Below are positions 12,195 through 24,781 of a stretch of 64,000 nt of DNA, piece by piece (position 1 is the first letter of the stretch; each line of letters starts with the position of its first letter). The stretch comes from Spirogloea muscicola (taxonomy: Eukaryota). The stretch lies in assembly GCA_009602725.1 (NCBI GenBank), contig WELB01000019.1, forward strand, positions 106,104 through 170,103, given 5' to 3'. Under the pieces are notes generated by a model. That model did not search any database. It was given only the letters and a program-made list of their open reading frames with translations, and was not told the origin of the DNA. A program made the translations under genes and the position numbers.

Positions 12195-13120
12195 GGAAGG
12201 GCCAACGGTCTCCACACACGTCGTGTAGACCTTGTGGCTACCCCACAAGCCCTGGACGTGGTGACTACCGACGCATTCGACCGCTCCCACCCAGCCCAGT
12301 GTGCCACCAAGGCTGGGTATGCGGTCGCCTGCGCCGCTCGGGCAAAAGAGCTCAAATATGCTGACCATCCGCCAGAAGACGAGTTCTTCCCGCTGGCTAT
12401 CGACACCCATGCGGGCGCTAGGCGCTCGGTGGCTCGAGGTGCTCAACCAGCTCGCCCGCCACGCCATCGCCCGTCGCTTCCATGGGGAGCCGGTGGACTT
12501 CCCTGCAGCTGGGTCGCTAGCGCAAGTCTACCGTATGCGCCTGGCCATCTCGCTGCAGCGGTCTATGGCTTGCGCGCTACACCTTTGTGCCGGCCGCGCA
12601 CTCGCTGCTGCCTCTGGCTCTGGCCAGGGGACCCCCTTCCAGGCGCCTAGCCTCTCTGATCTGCGGCTGCTTAGCAGGGGTTACTGAGTGATTCGTAGCA
12701 GCTATGCTTCGTTTCGTGCTTGCTTTCCTTAGCGCTTCCCCTGGCCCCCTACTCGTACTTTGTTCATTCTTTTTTGGGCTGGCTTGTCCGGAGGAGCGCC
12801 TCCTTCCCCGCATCGAGCTATTCTGACCTGCTGTTGCTCGCTCGTGGGTATTGAGCTTCCCTAGTGTGATGTTGTGTTTGGTAGATTAGTCCTTCTTTGG
12901 CATCTCTTTCTTTGGCTTTTGACATTGTCCATTCTTTTTGGGCTGGCTTTGCCAGCCCCTCTTCTCTATGGGCGAGCCCTTTCATTGTCCAGCCCCTCTC
13001 CTCAATGGGCGAGCCCTTTCTTTCTTTCTGCTTTTGGCCCCTTCGGACCTTGTCAATCCTTTTCGGGCTGGCTGTTCGCAGCCCTTGGCCCCTTTGGGAG
13101 AGCCACTTCTTCTTGTCTGC
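12195..13120 (+). mobile_element. Head-to-tail stack: subfamily B 3' fragment, subfamily D 3' end and two further bare termini
   Basis: TRRVDLV..AKELKYADHPPEDEFFPLAID...SDLRLLSRGY* (stop at 12687); SYSDLLLLARGY* with the subfamily D UTR; repeated cagccc...gggcgagccc / gggagagcc termini. Confidence 0.75.
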
Positions 13121-13129
13121 CTCCGTCAC

Positions 13130-14408
13130 AACCGAAAGGGATTAACCCCCTGCTTTTGGCACCAGATTGCCTCCCTGCTTCCCATGCAATTCCCTTGCCT
13201 CGCCGACCCCGTTATGCAATGTGGAGGTAGGCTCCTTCCCTTTCCAAAGCGCATCTGAGGAGCATCCGCAACTCAACGATCGGCTCTTTTCCCTCGCTAC
13301 AACCCCCTCCTCACCCCTTTCTCCTCCCTTGCCAAAGCTTCTGAAAAAGGGGCACAATTGCAGGCTTGTCGCGGCTGTTAGAAGATGAGCGCCGCTGGAG
13401 GTTGAGGAGGCTGCCAGACATTCAGAACGATCCAAGGAGCCTGGCAAGGAGCACATCTCTCTCTACACCTGGTGCTACCGACTGGCTCACCTCAGGCGCC
13501 GTTGCCCATGCCTTCAGCAATCAGCTCCGAGGCCTTTCGCACGCTGCTTGAAGTCTTCCTCGGCCTCCCACCTAATTGTCTGATTGGAGTGCGCCAGTGT
13601 GAGTGTGGCTTCCGTCCAGAGGGTGGTGAGCTCGCTTCACACATGTTGCGATGCCCCACTGCACCGGAAGAGGTGGGCATTCACAACCTCCTCTCGCGAT
13701 GCCCTGGCGGGCTTGATGCGCGACGCCGGCTACCGTGCGGTCGTAAAGTGAACAACATCATGCCTATCACCACGGATGCCCAGGGACGTCATCATCGCCG
13801 CACACAAGACGTTGTGGGCGTACAACATGGTGGAGGACGCAAAACTTGCTCTTGTATCGGTTATTAACTCGTTAAGCCTATCCATAGGAGTCGCTTTGCT
13901 CTTTCTTGGTTTTGCCGTCGTTACCTTAAATGACCTCTATGTGACTGTTAGCATATTTGCTTGTTACAGTGCAATTCTGGCTAACGTAAATATATGCTTG
14001 TTCTTGATGGACGGCAACATTGAAGGGACTATATCTTCAGCAAACACTACAGCATATGGACTTTTCAGCTTGACTTTATATGACGGACACCACAAACTGG
14101 ATGTACTGATATTAGCCTTCCCACGGGCCTTGGTTGATGTTGTTGCGGAGGCTTATATAAAAGGTTCAGCATCGACGCACACCGCTGGCCACGCAATGGG
14201 CAGTGCAGAACATAGAAAGCTGCAGCATTACTTCGACTAACCCCACTGCGATAAGCTCCTGCCAGCTGCAGTCGATATCTTTGGCTGGTTAGGTCCTCGG
14301 TTTCACACTCTCCTTAATATATATTGCCAATCTAGGCTATGCGCGACGCGCAGATGTGTTTCCGACTGAGATGGGCTTGCCAGCTGCATATCTGTCGTTC
14401 TTGCGCAC
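13130..14408 (+). mobile_element. Degenerate subfamily C fragment (zinc knuckle plus RLE) interrupted by a 283 bp AT-rich insert
   Basis: FRTLLEVFLGLPP..CECG...HMLRC; QDVVGVQHGGG[insert 13838-14120]PRALVDVV...HRKLQHY. Contains stops and frameshifts. Confidence 0.7.
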
Positions 14409-14911
14409 TGCATCTCTCTCTCTACTAGAGTCTCCCTTAAGTGGGTGCATTTCGTTCTGTGACCTTAGCCCCGTATCTCTCATTACTAGAGTCTCCCTTC
14501 AGTTGTGCTTTTCGGGTTTAGGGTTAGTATGGACTCTTGCAAGGAAATAGAAAGATGCTGAATCTAGGAAGCAACTTCCAAGCAAAGCGAGGCAATACTT
14601 GTCAATTGCTCTCACAACAAACAAGGTGGTTAACCAAGTGTGGTCCAGTCTTACTTGCCCGGCAATGGAAGCATCCCGGGGTGAGGCTGTTCTAGCGGCT
14701 ATTATGCCTGAAGCCTATGCCCACGCCCTCTTGGCGTGGCATTGAACGCCACACGCGCGCAACGCCTACCCTTGTAACAGCGGCGGCGGCAGCAGCAGTG
14801 GCAAGCAGCAGCAGCGACGGCGACGGCGGCAACAGCCAGTGTAACGAATGCTGTGGACCGCCAAGCCCGAGCTGCCGGCGGCGCAAGGAAAAGCGGGGAA
14901 GCATTGGAATG

Positions 14912-15292
14912 AAGAAAGAAAGGGCTCGCCCATTGAGGATAGGATAGGGGCTGGACAAGCCAGCCCAAAAAAGAATGAACAAAGAACGAGAAGGGGGCCA
15001 GAGGAAGCCAGAGGAAGCGCTAAGAAACCAAAGCACACAAAGAAAGAAAGCAGCTACAAATCACTCAGTAACCCCTGCTAAGCAGCCGCAAATCAGAGAG
15101 GCTAGGGTCCTGGAAGTGGGTCCCCTGGACAGAGCCAGAGGCAGCAGCGTGGGCTCTCCCGGCACGAAGGTGCAGCGCACGGGCCATGGACCTCTGCAGC
15201 GAGACGGCCAAGCGCATGCGATACACTTGCGCCAGCGACCCTGCTGCAGGAAAGTCCACCGGTTCACCATAGAAGCGACGGACGAATGGGGC
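14912..15292 (-). mobile_element. RLE element 3' fragment, subfamily B
   Basis: ORF 15065-15313 ends SLSDLRLLSRGY*, followed by the subfamily B UTR and terminus. Confidence 0.75.
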
Positions 15293-15912
15293 TGCAACGG
15301 TTAAAATCAGCAACGGTTACTGCAGGGGCAAGGGTCCAGGGGTCCGAGATTGGGTGAAGAAATCACCAACTTTCCCTTGTCGGGTGCCCCCTATATAGCC
15401 CAACAGACTGCGAGCCCGGCCACAAGGGCCCGGGTGGGATAACTGGCACCCAGTCTAGCGTTCACGACCTGTCCACGATCTGTCGACGGCTATCAACGGG
15501 CTGCCACCGACAATCTACCCATCCATCAGCAACCACTGACATACTGACGGTCCCCCCCCGTCACTAGCAGCTGACGGTCACTACCCCCAGGCTATCGTGA
15601 GCCGTCTACGTTCCCGTCAACATACGGCTAACGACGCCGTCAAGGCAGTCTACAGCGCTGCCGCCTCCCGTCGCCGTTCCAGCGCCAGCATCATGCTGTC
15701 TCGCGCGTCACGACTTCGGGTTGCGCCGCTCTCAGCTCTAGGTTGAATTCACGCTTCCCAGCCTGGTGAAGTGTCCGTCTCCAGGCATCTGTCAAGCCTT
15801 TCCTGCGGCACTGACAGTCAATTTACTTATCACCGGATGAGGTGTCTAGTCTCCAGGCATCTGTGAGTACATTACTGCTGCATTGACATTCCAGCCATGT
15901 AACTTCGTTACA
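15293..15912. mobile_element. Probable solo LTR
   Basis: Non-coding 620 bp block bounded by TGCAACG...CGTTACA (TG..CA ends, imperfect inverted termini), with an internal TATA-like cctatatag near 15390. No TSD visible. Confidence 0.35.
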
Positions 15913-16119
15913 GCCAGCGTTAAGACTGGGCCAAGAAGACGTGTTCTCGGCCCCGGTCCTCCACACCCTTATTGCTCGGTCAGGAGGAAACTTCATTGTT
16001 TTAGCTTAGCTTCTTGATTACGAATGGAATCAAGAATGGAATCAAGAATCTATGATACGCTCAGTACACCCTGTTGAGCAGCCGCAGGTCGGAGAAATCG
16101 GTCTCCTGGTAGGCGGGTC

Positions 16120-17085
16120 CCCTGGCCACGCAGTGGGCATTGCAAAGCAGAGAAAGCTACAGCACTCCGAATACCCCCGGTGCGATCAGCTCCTGCCAGC
16201 TGCAGTTGACACTTTTGGCTGTCTGAGTCCGCGTTTCCACACCCTCCTCCGCAACATTGCCAATCTAGGCTACACACGACGTGCAGATGTGTTCCCGGCT
16301 AAGATTTGCTTGCAAGCTGCATATCTGTCTTTCTTGCAACGACGAGTTTCGGCCTGTCTGCAGCGTGCCCAGGCTAATGCCTTGCACCAGAAAGCTGGGC
16401 GAGCTCTAGTTGGTGGCAGAAGGGCTTCTTATCCGACATCTAGTATTCAGGCATCGATTAGCGACCTTCATGTTTTGACCCGCGGTTACTGAGCGGGTCA
16501 TTCTGCTGTAGGTTATATAGGTATTTGATGTGCTTGCCTTTGTACTTGGCCATTTGGCCTTCGTTTGTTTCAAATACACGAATTATTGCTGGCCAGGGCC
16601 AGAGGCTGCAGCTAAGGCACGACCGGCACGCATATGCAGCGCGCGGGCCATGGACCTCTGCAGCAAGACGGACAGGCGCATGCGATACACCTGCGCGAGC
16701 AGAAGGCGGATGGACTGCACACTCGCCGTGTCGACTTGGTGGCCTCCACGCCGGGCGGCGGCCCGCGTGTCATTACAGATGTGATCACCACAGATGTGGT
16801 GGATCGATCTAATCTTCTTTCTGCCTCGAGGGCTGGCCATGCTGCGGCGAACGCCGCTCGCAGCAAGGCGGCGAAACACGCAGACCAGAGCGGCTTGGGA
16901 CGAGTTCGTACTCCTGGCCGTGGATGTGCACGGGGCTCTCGGGTTCCAGTGGCTCGACCTGCTAGCCAGGCTTGCGGCAGCGCGCTGTGTCCCGCAGGCG
17001 AGGTGAGCAGGCTGACTTCAACGCCGCTGGCTCAATGGCCCAGGTCGACCGCATGCGCCTGTCCATCTCCCTTCAGCGGTCCACA
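16120..17085 (+). mobile_element. Subfamily C 3' fragment (16120-16575), short minus-strand piece (16583-16700) and a D/E-type RLE fragment (16705-17085)
   Basis: GHAVGIAKQRKLQHSEYP...SDLHVLTRGY* (stop at 16492); DGLHTRRVDLVASTPGGGPRVITDVITTD...RMRLSISLQRS. Confidence 0.75.
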
Positions 17086-18904
17086 GTAAGCAGTCACAAG
17101 CATTCACCAAGGGCGAGGCCCAAAGATTATCAAGTCACCAAGGGCAAGGCCCAGTCATCCAAGTGGGCTCGAACGAGGACAAGGCCCAGCTGTCTAAGTA
17201 GCTCGTGTTGGCCAGTCACGAAGTATATTCGCAATACTAATCACAAGATATAGATGAATGCAGTCTCGCAAGGCAAGCTTAGCATTGCTGAGGCAGTCGT
17301 ATGAAGCAGCCCCTGAGCAGCTCGTGACATTATTCGACAGCTGCACGTTTGACACACAAGGTCACGATCTTCGTGGCATGCCGAGTGTGCCCCGCTAATG
17401 CGCAACCGAAGCGGAAGTCCTCGCTCTCTAGCGACTGGTCTTGCATGTGTCCCCGCCCGTGCCCTCTCAACACGGCCCTGGAATGCACGCTCGACGCCTG
17501 TGTCAATTTGACACAGCAGCGGCAGCGGAGGCGTCAGCGGCACCGGCAAATGCACCAGGTTGACAGTTGATCAGAGCAAGAGTCTGCGCCGAGAAGACTG
17601 CTCGGCCCCAGCCCTCCACACTCCTTAAGCTCGGTTGAAAAGGGTAATAATCATTGATGGGGTTGGCCGTCTGACCCACTTGGGTCCCCACGTCCCAGTG
17701 GCTAGTGTAGCCTGGGACCGTCATTTCTACCACTACCTACCATTGCCTTGCCACTGGCGTAGCCGGTACTTGCCATGACTCGTCAGGGTAGGTAACACCC
17801 CTCGAGCAGGCGTATGGTTATTCCGGTCTATCATTGGGTTTCTCTTTGAGCGGTGCGGGTGGCAGGATGGCTTGTAGCACCGACACAATCGTGGCACAGG
17901 CAGATTGGGCACATTGTCTGACCAGAGCTGAGCTGGAGGTACCGTGCTCGCAACTCCCTTCACATCAAGCTGATGGATCACGTACTATGAATATCCACGC
18001 GTGCAGCCACCTCCGCATCTTGTTAGACCGACACTGATGAGCCACCGACTGGATACTGCACAACAAATTTTACTTGGTCAGTTCTGCTAGCCACTTTGCT
18101 GACGAACTTTGCTCAGCATATTCTGTCGGCTTGACTTACAGGTCGTGGCCACTGCCAGCTGCAAGATACACCGCAAGGAGGCAACAATACCAATGACGAG
18201 CAACCATGATCCAGCCCCGGGCATGGTGTGCTGTAGACAAAACCCAGCCCGCAAGCAGAAGTGCTCAGCCAGATATGCTCTATATGCTAATAACTACCAA
18301 GAAAGTGATCTGATTGTGTCCTTGTGAAATGGTTCTCAAATCCAGGAATGCACCTGCTTTCAAACATGCTGCTGATCTTGATGGTTAGCACCATGATAAG
18401 TTTCCGTCGGCTTCATAAGTTGGCTTGCTGAATAGAATGAGGCACATAAAGTGTCTCTGGCTCAATCAAAGCCAGGGGGAGAAGTAGCATATGGTGGATT
18501 GACATTTGCTACTTCGTGTGGGCCGGTTGGGATACATGACAAGGACAGCGCTGCCCTTTCCCATTTTGAAAAGGGCAACATGGACAGCGGCGCTGCTCCA
18601 ACAAGCAGGCTTCTCTCACAACCCCAGCAAGATGGAGCAAGCTGTCCTTGCATGTGCTGAGGGCTTGAGCTCAAAGATCACATGGGCCTCCTAAGGAGGG
18701 AGAGGAGATGGTCGCAAGCGAGCGGCTCTATTGACAGGTGACCCTACCCTCTGCCTGTGGAGTGCCTTTTTGTCCTTGGCAGAAAGTAAGTGTCCACGCT
18801 GACATCAACAGTCAGAGATCAATGACTTTGGCAGGACAATGGTCAGGCAGGGTCAGGCAGAGGGACAGGGATATTGACAACTCCTGGTAACCTGAATTTA
18901 TCAT

Positions 18905-21900
18905 CTATCTGCCGTGGAGGATCATCGTGAAGTCTTCCAGTGATGCCTGGCTGTTGTCTGCAGAGACTGGGCCACGGGGCCCTGGGATGGAGCCATAGCT
19001 TCCCGTGGTGGTCCTTGAGGTGTCCTGAACCCCTGGTCTTGAGTTATCCTGCCTGATGGTCGTGGGAACGGACACGTCGCTGGCGCTGTCCGACTCCTGC
19101 CACCCCACACACACTTCCACGATCAGTAGAAGCACAAGAAATAGCAGAGCAATCCGCCATTGCCGACTGAAAGGACTAGTAATCCAGATGCTGTTGCATC
19201 CATAGGCTACTGTCTAGCGCATACTCATCACACTGCAACCAAAGCCAAGGGACTGGCAATCAGATAGCAAGATGCAATTGTCAACAAGGGTCTCCTACAA
19301 GCCTTTGTGTACAACAGTGTGAAAGATAACTACACTTTACATTTGGCTAGCTGCTGTCATTAAGTAGTAGATGGCCAGCCCATAGATAGTGCAGAAGCCT
19401 GTGTGGTTGGTACCTGCAGTGATAGCGCGTACTCCAAGTTCCAAAGAACGTCACTCATGGGCGGACGATCAGAACCGTCATGCGAGACGCATTTGAGCGC
19501 CAGCTCTGCCACCTTTTCCACAGATGCCCAGTTGTAGGTACCCGCCATCTTGGGGTCCAGAACCTGGTCCAGACTTCCGTCCTTCATGTGGCTCTGGGCC
19601 TGCATAGCCATAACTTGTCTCATGATCACGGCCTTGGCTCTTCCATAACATGCTATCATACAACCATGTAACGACACGACTCTGCCACTGATTTGCCTAT
19701 TTGCTCAAATAACGTGTGAGTAGTGAAGGCTGGGGCTGTACCCATTCAACGAGTATAAGCTGATCATTTGGCATCTCGGTGTTGATAGGTGCCCGAGCGC
19801 AGATGACTTCAAGCAGCACCACACCAAAGCTGTACACATCTGACTTCTCAGTCAACTGAAGCCTGCAAGAATAATAGAATCAAGAGAATGATCAATGATT
19901 GATCATCAACAGACTGTGCAGCGCTCAGGAAGACACTGCCACTCCAGGGGCAAGCTGTCTGTCATTTAGTCACTTGCGCACAGACCCCTTCATGTCAACA
20001 TTGGTAGGCTCCCACAAGATTCAGGGAGAATTGGGGATCCAAAAGTCAAGGCAAAAGGTCTCTTGTATCACATAGTCAGGACAGCTTACAAGTTCTATAT
20101 TTGCTATAGCTGTATATTAGGATGACTGCAATGCTATCAAGCTGCAGCATCCAAGCTACAATGAGCCTCGTGATGGATTGGGTACCTCCGAAAGTATTCA
20201 GGATCGAGGTAGCCCACGCTGCCTTTCACGACTGTGCTCACCTGCACAACGTTGCACAGAAGCACGTAAGGCAATCTGCATGGCTGTCCTAACCCTTCAG
20301 TACCTCAAAAGTTGACATCACCATGCCCCATGACTATGACAAAGCAGCACAACTCCTCATCATTGAATGTCTGGATGTATCTTGTGGAATGTAGTCAGAG
20401 GCATTACATGCGACTCGTCCAAGCCAGGTCCAATGCGCGAGAGACCAAAATCAGCAACCTTCGCCACAAAGTTGTCATCTAGTAGGATATTTGTGCTCTG
20501 CATTGCCAGGCCCCAAAACACACAAGGTCAGGTTGGTTTCTCGACCTTGGCATCCTAAGCAAGCAGATGCAGGAAAGTTGCATTGAAGATATGCTGCAAG
20601 GCTCATTGGGTAATGGAGAGCTCACTCTTCTGTAGTGGTGGTGTCGTGTATAAACAACTTGCTATGACATGTACTGAGAGCATCAAGGGCAAGACAGAAA
20701 ATGTGATATAGGTGGTGCACACTAACAAGTACAGAGAAACACCTTGACATCACGATGGATGATGCTCTGAGTAGCACCAGTATGAAGGTAGTGAAGGCCA
20801 CGAGCAGCCCCAACACAGATCTCAAGACGCTGCTTCCATGAAAGGACAGCATGCAAGGCCGCATCCTTGCCTGCCACTCTCAAGACGCCTAGATAAGTGA
20901 CTACAGCGAAACTCAGGACTGGTTGATTACGAGCAGGCAATAGAGACTGCCATAGTACAATAGATGGCTGCTGGGGGATAAAGAAAGACGAAGTCACTGA
21001 GCTATGCTTACCGTAAAGGTGAGACCGCAGAACGCCATTAGACATGAAGTCATACACCAAGAGCATCTCCACACCCTCCTCGCAGTACCCGATCAGAGAC
21101 ACAAGGTGACGATGTCTGAGCTGGGTGAGCAGCTTGATCTCCGTATGGAACTCTGCAATGCCCTGATGTGAATCAGGGCTGCACCTTTTCACTGCCACCT
21201 TTGTGCCATCTGCAAGGACACCCTGCAGCACGAGAAACCTTCACTGGTAAGGCAAAGTATGGAGAATACTCAGTGCCGTATCCTGAGTGTCTGATAATGT
21301 GCAATCAGAGAGGTCGCCCACTTCAGAGAAGAAGGTCTACCTTGAAGACCTTGCCAAAACCGCCAACTCCGAGTACCATGTCATCAGCAAAGTTGGTGGT
21401 TGCGACTTGCAGCTCTTGGAATGTGAACTCTCTGCCAACCTGCTTGCTTTGCCCAAAACCTGCGCATTGTGCTCTACGCATGGGTCATGTCCCTGGCATA
21501 CGTATATGTGACTTAAACAAGTCAAAAGTCCAGCTATTGGTGACTGGCAATGGTTTGCACTCCCCAAATGTTCCTCAGCATAGACCTAATCAAATGGCTG
21601 CATAACGACTTTATCTTGTGTGCCACCTGCCACAACCTGAAAATGTGAGCGAGCTGTTCAATCTAGGCAAAAAGTATCAGCTTGCAGTATGTCTACTCTG
21701 AGGAGATCCTGCACGCATGTTGGGTCCGTGATGTGTGTTGAATGTGGTTGACATACCACTGCCATCATGCGGCTTCTTGATCAATGGATCACTGCCGAAG
21801 AGACCGGGCACAGATGATTTTGGGTCTAGAAGAGGAGGCGCCTTGTTCTCCTTGCGACGCCTGATGCAGAAAATGTAGGCGAGCGTGGCGATGATGAGCG

Positions 21901-24781
21901 CAGCCGCTATTCCTCCGACAACTCCGCCAACTACGGCTCCTGTGCTTGAGCTCTTCTTGTGCCCACCAACAGGAGGAGGAGGGACCACTGTGGCAGGAGG
22001 AGGAGGGGCACTTGAAATGATGGTGTATCCAGGCCCCGCCAGACTCATTGTACCAACTTTCAGGATCTCAATACCAGCAATCTCCACGTTCTTAACCTGC
22101 ATACATACACCATTTAGGTTTCGCAAACCTTAGGTACAGATGATAAACCAGCATCAGAGACCCAGACAGTCGAACAGAATGAGGTGTCACAGAGACAAGA
22201 CTAGGTCCTCAGTACAGAAGTAATCAGAGCAGTAGGTTTTGTCGCTTTGCGCACCATGGATTGCATAGAGATGCCCACATCAAGTCGAAGGGACCCTTCT
22301 CCCACAGGGAGGCTAACGACAAAATCCTTGACGTAGGCGCTGTTCTTCCCATCTTTTGCCGAGCCGGCTACATCATACTGTGGCAGGACAGGGTCAGAAG
22401 AGACCTTAGAAGACATCAATGCTGCTCGCTTCGGACTTAGAGCTCAGGTGCTCAGGTGTAGAGCAACCTGCAGTGCCATCTCCTTCTGTCTTCTGTCCTT
22501 CCGTTTGATACATGGGCATACTAGCCCTGTTTAGGCAAAGCATGAAGCAGTAAAGCTGAAATGGCACCATGACACAGATGTCCGACCTCATTACAACCTG
22601 TTGCAATTGCCAAGCACTCACTTGTCCCACATAGACCTTGTTGAGGAAGACGTCCATGACACGTTGAAAGGGATTCGAATACACATTCTCGCTGAAGGTT
22701 GTGCGAACGAGGTAACTCCAGCCATCATCGAGGGGAAATATGTAGGTGAGGTTGAGGTTGCTGTCAACATTATCCTGGCCGAGGTCGCGGTCACTCTGGG
22801 CAACGGCTCTGTGGAGGCGGAAGTCAACATCCTTCAGAGGACTTCGGTGGCCTTGTATCACTGCAAGTCCATAAAGATGATGCAGACTAGCGCCCTGTGC
22901 CACCTGCTCCTCATGCTATATAGAAGCCAGAGACATGAGTCATCGCGCCCCAGCGTGTACGGGAGCTTACAGCGGCGTATAATACGGGGGAGAGTCGGTA
23001 TTCTTGATTGGAGCAGTCACAATATTACTCGGCACAGCGAGGGTATGACAGAAGTCCAGATCATTCTGCGTCCAGGTTCGGAAAGCCTTGTCCGATGTAG
23101 AAGACACCGTTGACCCCCCGCAGTTCAGCCTGTACTCACGCTTCAAGGCCTGGAAACGTGTGGCAGGTGAATATTGTCACCCTTCACCGCCGGGTCACAC
23201 CTGACGACTATTCATCAAGCGCAGGACAGCTTTGCAATCACAGTCTAAAGTGCATTGCGGCAGTCATGCTGCTAAGTGCTGTGCAGTACGAGGCAAGGCT
23301 ACTCCAGCATCTAGTGGTGTCTGGGAGTATCAAGGAGGGTGACATGCAATCACTGCTGTGAGCACCTTTCCATTGAGTAGAGTCGTGGGCTGCTGATTGG
23401 ACGCGAGAACAGGTTGCTGATAGTACAGGTCCTCATCGGAAGGCACCACCTCAATGCCATTGACAAAGGCAAAGGAGCCAGCAACAGGAGTGAAGGTGAT
23501 TGAGAGCGACTTTGGATTGTATATCGAGCTGTCAGCCAAGGGCAGGGAGAACTCCTCCATGACGGCCACTGACAGCCCGTCTCCGCCAAACTGCAAAACA
23601 GGGAAGTCAGTGCCTGGTGAGACATTCTATACAGGAGTTAGAGCAGCACCTCAATGGAGTCATTTGGTCCAGCGCTGTGGGCATTCTCAACAAGCATACC
23701 TGCGTAGATGCTTGCTGGGTGACACTGTAATTGAAGAGCAGAAGGAATGTGCTGCCCGAGCTGGTGGCAGTGACGTTGAAGAGGGCCTTGGAGGGGTCCG
23801 GGTAGGCTCCAGTTTGGGGCTGAATAGCGGCAAAGTGCAGGCGCACAAAGTGGCGGCCTCCAGTTGGAAGGGTGACGTTATACTGCACGCACATTGCGCA
23901 GAGGTGCCTTGAGGGGCAAGTCAGCTATGGCAGCTCAGACATGTAACTGCATCTCAGCTATACCTTGATCACCAGATAATCAATCGCTGAATGGAGGAAC
24001 TAATCCTATACATGCAAGCCAGCATTGCTGGCCTTGTACTCGACTACAATAAAGGGGCTCGACATTTCCAGTACTCAAGTAGAATCGATTGCGACATATG
24101 ACATGCAGGTATCGGCCCTCACAAGTCGCTATTAGACCTCAATTCTGTACTGAAGAGCCAGGCAGGGTCTTTCAAGATATCGTGCACACGCAGAGTCTAT
24201 GATAGACTACAGAGATCAAGCGCGTGACGTTCACAAGCAACAGGATGGTGGCTATGTGCGAGCACCGAAAGGCTGTTGGGGGCGTCGATATAGGTGGCCG
24301 TCTGGTACAGCTCCAAACCCGCATAGACCAAGTTGGTCATGTTCGAGACGACCGTGTTCTCAGAGACGCCAACATTGCTGCTGTCGGCGGTCCAGTTGCG
24401 AGCGTACGTAGCTGCGTCTGTGAAGCCTGGCCCTCCACAATTGATGAGCGTGCTGTCTGCAGAGAGCAGGTAGTGAAGGCAGCAAGGGCATTCAGCATAC
24501 CACCATGCCAGGACATGGGAGAGGGGGACAACGAGACGGGAACGAGACATGGTACGGTGCCGTCGTGCCACTGTCTAACGACACGTAAATAGCATCGAAC
24601 GACACGGCCGCGGCTGAGTTGCCAGAGTCGCTGCCCAATCTGAATCCGCTCATTGCCAGCTTGCGAGGGCGGCCGTGAAGGCGCGCCCGGGCCACAATGC
24701 GCGGCGCGCACCTGGCTGCGCGAGCGCCGAGACGGCGGCCGCGGCCAGCAGGGCCGCCAGCAGGAGGCCCCGGGGCCCCAT
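18905..24781 (-). CDS. CrRLK1L-family malectin-like receptor-like kinase, copy 2 (apparently intact, multi-exon)
   Basis: Same exon set as copy 1, with an intact TM followed by basic residues ([18 protein letters not shown]), [29 protein letters not shown] and a C-terminal ILHGR*, matching FERONIA/THESEUS-type kinases. Confidence 0.9.

Larger units (their letters stand above)
7470..17085. mobile_element. Nest of about 18 fragments of RLE non-LTR retrotransposons from several subfamilies
   Basis: Repeated C-terminal motifs on both strands: RRVDLV..DVVT.D (PD-D/ExK-like), A.R.K..(K/H)Y, F.P.A.D..G..G, RMRLS.SLQRS.A.ALH.RAGRALA, SDL.LL.RGY*. CECG...H.LRC zinc knuckle plus HDRLRD. RT C-terminal motifs at 9818-10200. 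Confidence 0.85.

Noticed and set aside
7470..17085. CRISPR-like or host gene-family interpretation of the repeated RGY* ORFs
   Set aside because: There is no fixed repeat-spacer periodicity; RT, zinc-knuckle and RLE motifs, 5' truncation and a TSD point to non-LTR retrotransposons.
17090..17195. Short imperfect repeats (caccaagggc.aggccca)
   Set aside because: Only two or three degenerate units, with no supportable identity.
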